Positions 13,204-22,839 of a stretch of 64,000 nucleotides of DNA are shown piece after piece; within the stretch, counting starts at the first letter, position 1, and every line of letters begins with the position of its first letter. The stretch is from assembly GCA_017499595.2 (NCBI GenBank), contig CM039001.1, positions 2,914,001-2,978,000 on the forward strand, read 5' to 3'. Origin of the DNA: Psilocybe cubensis (Eukaryota). The notes under the pieces were generated by a model. The model made no database searches. It saw only the letters and a list, made by a program, of their open reading frames with translations, and was not told the DNA's origin. The position numbers were made by a program, and so were the translations under genes.

Positions 13204-15122
13204 TAGTCTCTCGTAGACAGACCACGATACGTACATATGTGATCTGTTGCTTATCACGCCCCCCAAACCGGGGAAGAAATTTATTATGTAAAGTGCGGAC
13301 ATTGAATATCCGGTCCGGCCATGACGCGTCATTAGGACGCGTCGTCAACGCATTGTTTGTTGATTCCAGTTGCAGTGTGTATCCTAGCGTGTTATACAAG
13401 GCAATAACTGCGCAGCTCTTCCTTTAAAATCAAATATATAGGCCCATTACAGATTTTTAGGTAAACATTTACATCAGTAGAACTTCAATAGAACTTTTAC
13501 AACTCCATTGAATATACCTGCATAAATATGATTTAGTTTATATTGTTTCAAAACTTTGGCATGATAAGATATATAAGCCATGAAAGTCAAAAATTTCAGA
13601 AGAAATGCACCACTTCTTCTCTGTCCTGATGACAATAAATGTGAGCGGTACTTGCAGGTGGGTCTGCACTTATCACATGATTAACTTCTTGCAAGTGGGC
13701 AGTGGGTTAATTCTTGTTTTCCATGCTAGCACTATATAGGATGTTGGAGTTTGTCTGGTTCCTCTACTGCGTCACATGTTGTCCTCTTTCTTCACATGTC
13801 AACCCCTATTCGTGTTTACCTTTATTTACTTTCTCGCCAGTGTAGACACAGCGTTTCCTCGTCCTCACATATCTCAGTTGTTCATCCATCAGGACACTGA
13901 GGTATGTTGTTTTATGTTCTGGTTTACTTTACACAGCACTCATTCTCTTTACTCGTATTCTATAGTGAGATTCATCATCTATAGGTAGTGTCCACAATAT
14001 AGTTGTTCATCTATCAGGACACTGAGTGAGATTCATCATCTATAGACTCGAACATAGGATATATTCCAAAAGACTCCATGCCATAAGTTACAATTTACAT
14101 GGCTCATAAAGCATTAAATTATGGGATTAAAGCAGATACCAACTGTTTAAACGCGTTGAGAAGAGTTCGGGCGCGAGGGCCTATATTAGCGCGACGCGTT
14201 TCAAAGTCCGCACTTTACATAATCATTTTCTTCCCCGGTTTGGGGGGCGCGATAAGCACAGGACTACTTAGTCTCGTTCCCATCCGTTATAGGGCACGAT
14301 CTCCCCTCCTGCAAGAGGCCCGGGACTAATAGGCGGAGATCAAAGTCGGAGTCAAAAATTCTGCAAAATCTGATCGGGGAGATGTGCCCTATAACGTCTG
14401 GTGCAATTGCATCAGTAAAGATGCGGACATGTCACGCCGTGCTCACGCATCGACTTGACGCCGTCTAAGTCAGGATTTTTGGTCCAAGGACAACAGTTCT
14501 CTTCGTTTGAATATTATATCTTACCATATCTGTAATCTCAAGTATGTAAAGTGCCCAGTTGCGGCCGAAAATGTTATAAAATTTCCGTTGGAAGACTTCT
14601 ACGGCTGTAGCCCGTGTAGTATGTACAGGTACTAACCTCAAGTGTTAAGTGTGAGGATCTAATATACTTAGGCTGAATGGGACAGTAGAATTAGGGTAGA
14701 AAGCAAAGGTTTGATGTTACAGCATTACCAGGCCGGGTACTCACTCTGCGAGTTCACACTCCTTGAATAATTGTCAGTTAGAAGTGGATGCACCAAGACA
14801 TCAAAATAAGGCTAGCTTAATTGGATTGCACTGAAATCAAATAATATTGTATTTATTGTCATCCAGTAAGTCAAGAGTGATTATTAGTGAGTAAATTGTT
14901 TATTAACAAGGAGAACGGGGAGTATGAGGAGCATTGATTGAGCGATGAAAAGGGAGTGAGAGTGTGACTGATGTGACAACAGGGGCTGTCCGCATCTTTA
15001 CTGATGCAATTGCACCAGATGTTATGGAGAGCGATTTGCAACGGTTTTCGTCAGAATTTTTGACTCCGCTTTCATTCTCCGCCGGAGCTCTCCCGAACAT
15101 CTGGAGCCGAGATTAAGGACTA
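13204..15122. mobile_element. Non-autonomous Academ-type element Y (~1.06 kb once nested X copy 2 is removed)
   Basis: Ends TAGTCTC...AGGACTA; 9-bp TSD CTAATTATC at 13195-13203 and 15123-15131; subterminal inverted repeat ~13245-13305 / ~14200-14258. Confidence 0.7.
14269..15115 (+). mobile_element. Non-autonomous Academ-type element, family X copy 2 (847 bp)
   Basis: Ends TAGTCTCG...CGAGATTA; perfect 9-bp TSD AGGACTACT at 14260-14268 and 15116-15124. Confidence 0.85.
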
Positions 15123-15139
15123 CTAATTATCTGGGTTTT

Positions 15140-15205
15140 TCTCAGAAATTTTGACTCCGATTTCATTCTCCGCTGACCGCTCCCGAAGATCTGGAGCCGA
15201 GATTA
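15140..15205 (+). repeat. Extra copy of the family-X terminal sequence (end of an older or outer element)
   Basis: TCAGAAATTTTGACTCCGATTTCATTCTCCGC...CTCCCGAAGATCTGGAGCCGAGATTA repeats 15050-15115. Confidence 0.65.
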
Positions 15206-15340
15206 CTATTACTCGACCTTCGGCATTCCTATCGTGGGAAAGGAACTGTATAGTACCATCGTCCACAGTGGCTGTGCCAAATCATCCAAATCCGTGTAAC
15301 AAGTGGAATCGAGCTCACCACCGAAGACGACGACGACACT

Positions 15341-15767
15341 ATGGCCAAATCAAAAAAGTATCCATTTCTCCAACATCTTATCCGGAACATGCTTTTAATG
15401 TACATCTTTCTAGTCACACAAATCACAACCAGAACAAGAAAGCCCACAAAAACGGCATTCGCAAGCCCGCTTCGACTCGGTCGAGGTCCATGAAGGGTGT
15501 ACGTTTTCGTCGATGATCCATCCTGCTTACCACTTGAACTGAACCAACTTTTTGTATTTCTCAGGTTGACGCCAAGGTCCGTTGAGTTCAAAGGCTAGCT
15601 GCAGTTCATGCTCATCGAAATCTCGATATTAGTTCCGTCGCAATGCCAAATACGCTGCCATCGGCTCAGTACGTTTTCAGCAGAATATTCAATCTGACCG
15701 ATGATTTCTAACTAGTTTCTTGCAGTACAAGGCCCGCCTGGAAGCCAAGCAAGCTGCTGCTTCATGA
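15341..15767 (+). CDS. RPL29: 60S ribosomal protein L29 (eL29), 5 exons
   Basis: Spliced translation MAKSKN HTNHNQNKKAHKNGIRKPASTRSRSMKG VDAK FRRNAKYAAIGS YKARLEAKQAAAS*; GT-AG introns. Confidence 0.95.
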
Positions 15768-15950
15768 TTTCGCGCTCTCCGTTCTATGATTACTGCGCAT
15801 CGACCACCTTCCCGCGTAGCACCTTCATGCCAACCCCACAGTCTTAGCTCGTCGTCGTCGGTTGTGGTGGAGTCAATGCTATTCGAGCATATCGGGGATA
15901 AACATGACATGTATATTCGAAGTATAAATTAAGGCATGAATATGATGAAA

Positions 15951-18162
15951 TCAGCGTTGACCCTGTAAAGACTTCATGCTGCGATCCAGTGTTGCCCGAA
16001 GACGCATGGCCTGACCGTTTTGTTTAGTGAAAGGAAATTAAAAGGCAGAAACAGATGGGACACGTACAGCAGCATCTTCCGGTCGAAGCGCTCCTTTAGC
16101 CATATTGTGCTTTCCGGCCCTCAATTTGGAGCTCCTGTTCGCCATTGACGCCTTCAAAGACCCGTCACTTGTCGCAAGATGTTTACGGCATTCCGCGTCC
16201 GAGACAACATGCCCTTCGAGGAGTGAAAAGAATTTGTGTCGGAGAACAGTTTTAATCTGCTCGAAGGCATGTGTTGTATACCAACCGTCTCGCTCCTAAT
16301 ACGTCTGTTAGCCCGATAATAAGACAGGGTGGTAATAGACGAACATCGCAGGTGTCACGCAAAGCTTCGGGGTCTTCTATCATCTCCTTCAGCATTGGAT
16401 CGACGATGTCGCAGAGTTGGAACGCGGCGGTTTCTTTTGTCAGTGTCTGACCATCGAAGATATGAGAGGTTCTGCAGGTCTCAATTCATAAAATATCACT
16501 GGTGCGAAAGGTTTCTAAGGCGCACCTTCGTTCGGCATCTGTTTCTTGGGCTCTTGTTTGTTCACTGAGGGTCATCCGCTCGTGCCTTCGAGTAGTAACA
16601 GATGGTCGAGATATTGGATGGTTTGCATTGCGGAAATACAGGCGTTGAAAGCTACATATAGTGAATAGCGAAACTTTTCCCAAGGTGAAGTGAATGCTTA
16701 CAATCTTGAGCTAGGATCTTTCCTTGGGTCATATGAGAACCTAACAAGCGTGTCGCGCCATGGTCCATCTTGAAACACATAGCAACACAGAGGCAGTAGT
16801 ATTTTTGAACTTCATTATCATAAATTAGAACCATTCTTTGGCAAAGTGGTGAATGAAAACTAGACGCACTTAAGGATATCCCTCGCTTCCGCTGCAGAAA
16901 ATTGATTGAACAAGGACATTCGCGTCCAAACCGGCCGTTCCTCAAAGAGCTTGTTGGGGCAATCAATTGATATAAGCAACAGTAAATCACGTCATTTGAC
17001 ATACCGCTTCCAATCTTTTCAAGATATTTTCATTGACTTGGTCTCTACCTTCCTCTACAGCTTTGGGAGGACATTTGGGGACCTGGTGCGCATATAATTA
17101 AAAATCAAAACCTTTCATAAATTGTCATTTCCATACCTGCGCCTCCGAAAACATGATTGAGGCAGGGCCATATCCTTTCCAGCGCATTCGATTTATCATT
17201 CGCTTCTTTTCTTCTCCCGTCTCTTCGTCGACCGTCGTCGAGACCATTGACGCAGTGTTGGCTTTGAAGCTGTAGTACATTCTCCATTCAGTCCTATGCT
17301 ATTAAAGGACACAGAACTACAAACTTGTATCCCTGAGGAATCGTTTGACGACTGAACAGGGGAGGAGGGAATAACCGTAGGTTGCTTTGGTTTGTTATTG
17401 GCGGGTTGCTCTGTTGCGGCTGTGGTTCAGCCATGCCGGAAATTTCGAGCAACTGGGGATCGAGATTCATGTTGATATCGACATCCATTTGGGGCCTGCT
17501 TGAGGACGAAGTCAAAGCAACAGGAGCTGCAGACGCGTCGTGGTTTTCTGGAGGAATGGTGTACGAGCTCAGATAGTCCACTGGGATGGGGTATAAGCAG
17601 TGTAGTTTGGGGCGTGCATAAAAAGAGCATACCATCCATTTTATTCATCGCCATTCGTAGAGTCGATATCGGGTCGTCTGGGTCAGGGAAATACTGGTAG
17701 TCCACCATGCCTAGATTTGATCTATAAGCGCATAGTCTTCCGCATATGCATGAGACAGAAATCACTTCGAAAACGAACAGTCTTTGCAACAATGCCAACA
17801 ACTTCGGCGGTGTATTCACCCACAAGGCCGTTGCTGGTAGCATCCGAGCCAGACGCGGAGGGTTGTTTCCGCTTTCGTCTCCTGACTTTAAGCAGAAGGT
17901 TGTTGGTGGCGACAACATCACCAGGTATAGAGTGTGCGAATGGCGTTTCTGGTCTCAGAGATAGTTCCAAGAGCGCCTGTGATTTTTGAGCGGTCCGCTT
18001 GAAGGCATGATCAATCCTTGTTTGTCCTCCGAGATTGCGAATGGCTATGGGTGTAGACTGGGGGCCAATGTAGCCAGGATACTCAATGGAGTAGAAAGGA
18101 ACCTGCGGCAAAGGTTGTCCTGGAGGCGTAGAAGCAGAAGGCGGTGAATGAGAATCGGTCAT
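15951..18162 (-). CDS. TFC1: RNA polymerase III transcription factor TFIIIC subunit tau95 (Tfc1/Sfc1), multi-exon
   Basis: FYSIEYPGY, LELSLRPETPFAHSIPG, NNLLLKV, VGIVAKTVRFR, MVDYQY, LFPPPLFSRQTIPQGY match the Tau95 N-terminal pattern; stop at 15951-15953. Confidence 0.85.
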
Positions 18163-18290
18163 TATGGAAAGCGATCAAGAGATTTGCAAATCCTCGAATA
18201 GATCACATTTCAATTTCGTGATTATCTAAGGCAAATACATACTCTCTCTATCCACACCAAAAATTACTACCTAGCTAGGAGTACGGAACC

Positions 18291-18857
18291 TCAGAATTTC
18301 CCCATTTTCATCAGGTTTGTAAGCTCGTCAATCATGGCCTAGAAATTCAGACACCGTTCACAATAATTCGAAGCAGAGATGGAATTTAACACACTTTGTC
18401 GGTTGGATCGAGGCCTGCCTTTTGGAACTCTTCAATCATGTTTTTGGAAGCGTCACGGAATTCAGAGTTCAACATTAGCTTAGACATCTGGAGCATGGAA
18501 GGCCTTTTCCCCGACGTGGTATCAACGCCTAGTAGAAATATAAGTCATCACTTGGAGCACAGACTTGAGCGCAACGAGTGACTTACCTGACTTCTGAAGA
18601 ACATTCATAAACTTTTTGATAGCTTCAATGGCACTTTGACTTTTCGACAGTTTTTTATATGCCTCGGTTTCTTGCAGGGCCTTAATCAGGGCTTCGTCAA
18701 CCTGTGGTTTCGGTGCTTCCGATGCTCGCGTCGGTCGGGTTGTTGAGATAGTTCGGAAGCAATGTGGGCGAGCAAGCGTTCTGCTGGACAGCTGAGTGGA
18801 CCTGCTCAGCACTGATGGCAGTCTTGCGGCCAGGGAGGGGATACGAGCTTGGAACAT
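18291..18857 (-). CDS. Small uncharacterised protein, probably mitochondrial (multi-exon)
   Basis: MFQARIPSLAARLPSVLSRSTQLSSRTLARPHCFRTISTTRPTRA is an Arg/Ser-rich presequence-like segment with no acidic residues; GT-AG introns; 3' end approximate. Confidence 0.65.
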
Positions 18858-18989
18858 GGCGAGCGAGGTTAAGCCAGAGCCGTGAGTCCACTGCCGTGGT
18901 GACATATTCGCTGACGTAAGAAACTCGCGACACTACACTCACGCGTCAGGTCACAGTCACCTCCATCCCAATTTCTGACACTCACCCCG

Positions 18990-19879
18990 ATGGACTTTGA
19001 TTATTTCTCGATAGAGGCCATCCTTGCCGAGAACCAGGTATATTCGTCGTTTCTGTCGAGATAGGCTTGCCACTGACCACTGATCACTTAATTACGTCTA
19101 GAAAATACAATGTACGTTTAAACAGGAAATCCCAAATATGGGCCACCTTGGAGGCGGGACAGAACGCGATGTATGAACACATCTCCGCGTGCAAGATGCT
19201 GAATACTCATATGCAGTAGATCGCAGTGTCAAGCAAGATGCAGATCCCAATATGGCTGGCATACACCATTATCTACTCGTACGTACATTGCACCATTCGT
19301 TCAAAAACATATACTCATCCTTTTCACAGAGACTGGGCTGACTTCAATATCCCAGCCCCTTTTAATTCCAGAGTACGAAACGCATTGAAAGCGGAAGCTT
19401 GCAGTGTGCGCCTATCCAACCTCGTCGGCGCAGGTGGTCTGTGGTACGGCTTCGGGAAAACGATCATGGATATGTGAGTTATTCTCTGACATCAGAAACT
19501 ACCGGTAACATCCCTCCCCATCTAGCCTTAGCGAAGAGCAAGCCAACGAGATGTCCGACATGCTATCCAAAGTAAACCACTCAATCCGCACATCCTTCCA
19601 TCTTCTGACATGTTGCGCAGGCTTTCCGAGATCGTCTTGTCGAAGTCATCGACCAAGCCCAACATTTCGCGGCACTTGGACAGGCAGGGTCTGGGTCGTC
19701 AGGAAATTCGGCACAGGCCTTCAGAGAAGGGCTTGATACAACGGAGAGAGAGCGTAAGTCGACTCAGGCCACAAACTTCAAGCAATTTGCTGAACACGTC
19801 CCAAGTCTTCTATCTGGCGCAAGAAAGTGCGAAGCGAATGAAACGTTGGTACGAGGAGAGCGACCGCTCGAGGCGGTAA
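18990..19879 (+). CDS. PSF3: GINS complex subunit Psf3, multi-exon
   Basis: MDFDYFSIEAILAENQ KIQCTFKQEIPNMGHLGGG, KMQIPIWLA, PAPFNSRVRNALKAEA, WYGFG, FREGLDTTERE, AKRMKRWY. Confidence 0.9.
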
Positions 19880-19912
19880 TGCTGTACATTCACTTCGTCT
19901 TGACCATGTCCT

Positions 19913-20294
19913 TCATATTGTTTTCTTCGACTCTGTTTCTTTCGCAGTATCTTCCTTTTCATCTTCCTTCGCATCTTTCTCCACCACCGGAACTTTCTTC
20001 AGCTCATTTACAAACCTGTAGACATCTATTTAGTGTCCTAGTAGCATTGTATATCAAAACGCCAAATACTCACCATTTAACACTGGCCCAGAGACAGAGC
20101 TCGATAGCAATGAGAGCGAAGATGTGGGGGTTACCGGACGTTAGAAAAATGAGGATCAGGAATACGACCAGCAACACAGAGAAAGCGCCGTCAACGAAAA
20201 GAAGAAAGGTAGGATGCAGGGAGGACCCAGGCTGTAGTATGTTCGAGAAGAAAGGAGTGTCCTTGGCCGGTGTGGACGATTCGTTTTGGGCCAT
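19913..20294 (-). CDS. PKR1: V-ATPase assembly factor Pkr1 (ER membrane protein), 2 exons
   Basis: FFSNILQPG, two hydrophobic helices, SGNPHIFAL, LWASVKW|FVNEL, then a charged tail. Confidence 0.85.
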
Positions 20295-21301
20295 TGTCGG
20301 CGACGTGGTTGAAGGACCAAAAGCAGCCGTATTTTGATTGCCCCGGCGGTGCGACCAAACAGGTGCCAACGAGTCGCGCCGCCCGCGGCCTATGGCTGCC
20401 TCTCTTTCCCCAATCCAACACTTTCAAGTTCAATCCTACGGACATTTTATTACTCTACACACGTTAATGGGGCTCTCCAACTTCATTCATTTTCGCGTTG
20501 GAGCTTTAAATTTGACGATGTATGCTGTCGACCCATGACCGTCATTTACATGAACAGGCTGCCTCTGACACAGACAACTGTCTAAAGACGACAACGGCGC
20601 GTCAACCATATTATCAGGGTCTACTGCGTTCAAGAGCATTTGGTTCGAGGTTTTGTGCTTAATAGGCGCGCTGTACAAATGCTGCTCGATTTTCTTGGTG
20701 TGCCAGTGCTTCTGACATCTGCAATCCACAGGACGTGTCGCAGATGATCTCGTCAAGGAATAACCTAGTCTTTAACCTCTATTGCTACGTTCGCCACAAC
20801 GCACTGGCGACTTTGGATGATCTATGGGTCTTGGAGGCTCCTATTCATCACCTATGTTGTTCATGTTGCCACGACAAATGTACCGTTCCAGTCTTGTCTT
20901 ACACCTCAACTATGCAACCTCAATGAATTCAAAGTTTACATCGTCATTCTAATCTTCTCGACCAGCACGTGCAATGGTCTGGGCCATTTCTTTGTCTGTC
21001 TTTGACGTGTTTAACGCGGTCCCAACGCCTCTCCTCGTGTCCATCGATAACCGGTATCTGATTTTCACCCGGTCAAAAAAGGCTACCAGATGTGATTATA
21101 GCGAGTAGTGATGCCTCGAGGCGTACACGCTGTTCTTATAGCGAGGTGCAAAAATTCAACGCTACATCTGTGGTTACCCAAATTTTGCGGAGGTTTGGGC
21201 TCAAAAGGTGCACAAAATGGCGGGGGAGTATAGGCAACAATACATTGTATTGAGCGATTCAGAAAATCTTCTGATATTCTCGAGCATCTCTACTTGATAA
21301 A

Positions 21302-22394
21302 ATGGCTTTCTCCTTCGGTGATATACCCAACTCTCTTTCTGGACAATTTTTTGACGATTTATCGTTCACCTATGCTGGTACGCCTACTTGATATTTTCGG
21401 ACCTTTTATTTTTTCTGACCATGATATCACAGACCGTGATTCTGGCTTGAACTTTCTCGGTCACGAGAGCGCGACACCTCCAGCTTCATCACATTACCTC
21501 GCCCCTTCTCCATCTGGTACCGACGCGTCTTTTTATGTTCCCCCTCGCCGTACTAGCACGCGTCATCCCGATCCAAAACATATCCCTCGCCCTCGCAACG
21601 CTTTCATCTTCTTCCGTTCATGGTACATCAACAATAACCGTGACTCCAAGGACGTGCAGCAGAACGAATTAAGCAAACAAGCCGGGAAAGCATGGAACAG
21701 TATGTCGGAAGAGGCGAAGAGACCGTTCATGCAACTGGCCGCTGCCGAGAAGGAGCACCACTATAACACGTACCCTGACTATGTCTACTCACCCAGCACG
21801 AAATCTGGTGGCAATCCAACTGGCTCGCAGAAGACCAAGGGGAAGAGAAGGTCACCAAGTGCATACGATGATATCGCTTCTCGTACGACATCCGATCCTT
21901 CAAAAGTAACATCAGCGTCGTGGTATCACTCTGGAGAGGTATGTTTGTATGTTTATATGTTAGTTAAACGCTGTTACTTATATTCTCGATAGGGTTTCTC
22001 CTTTGAACAAGGACCGCCTTCTCCATTCCATGCTCATCTTGATTCCGTTCCGAGCCAATTCGCGTACCAACAAAACGCTCACGACTTCATGCCATCGTAT
22101 ATGCCGACTCTTCCAAACACCTTCGATATGTTCAATCAAAGTTCAAATAGCATGTCATTGGATATTCCGGCTTCCGATCCTTCGGCATATTCTCGTTATT
22201 CGGGGCCGTCCTCTTTGACATGCGAAAACCCTTATCCTAGCACCGACTATCTGGCCTTGTTGGAGCATCCATTCTCAGAGGAGACCTATAATTGCGAAGA
22301 CATGATGCAACGTTGCATAGATGAAGTACTTGCTGCGACCTTTTTGGAATTTTCTGGTGGATATTACGGTCAGAACGGGTCCGCATTTAATTGA
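21302..22394 (+). CDS. MATA-type HMG-box transcription factor, paralog 1 (exons 21302-21377, 21433-21938, 21993-22394)
   Basis: HIPRPRNAFIFFRS...QQNELSKQAGKAWNSMSEEAKRPFMQLAAAEKEHHYNTYPDYVYSP; two GT-AG introns join the exons in frame. Confidence 0.9.
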
Positions 22395-22839
22395 TGTAGT
22401 CATTTTCAATCTACCATTCTGGCACGGGTTTTTGGGATTTATTGAACGGCTTATTGTATAGTATGACATAAAATATTTGACACTCTTATTATATCTCGTT
22501 CAGAGTAATAATCTTGTGCTCAGTGCGCGAATTCGAAGACGCGCCCTGACGCGCCTATACACAATCCTCACAGCATATACTTCGGGCACGTGATGAGAAA
22601 AAGGCGACGCGTTGATCAAGTCTGCAACGTGAACGTTGAATGTGAACTTTGGATTGAACATTACTTGCACTTTGACTGCCAAACATTTCCGTCGAGGTCT
22701 GCAGGAAGGCTCGGAACATGGTTCTACAATGGATAGTGCCTTATCTTGTACCCAGCCGCGGTCCAACTACTTGCAAACTACTAGCGATCCACAAGTTTCG
22801 AAAACTTCCTGGGTATAACATGCTTGAAACGCTCCTACA

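Noticed and set aside
12328-15115. A single 2.8-kb foldback element
   Set aside because: Each arm has its own distinct 9-bp TSD, so these are two independent insertions in opposite orientation
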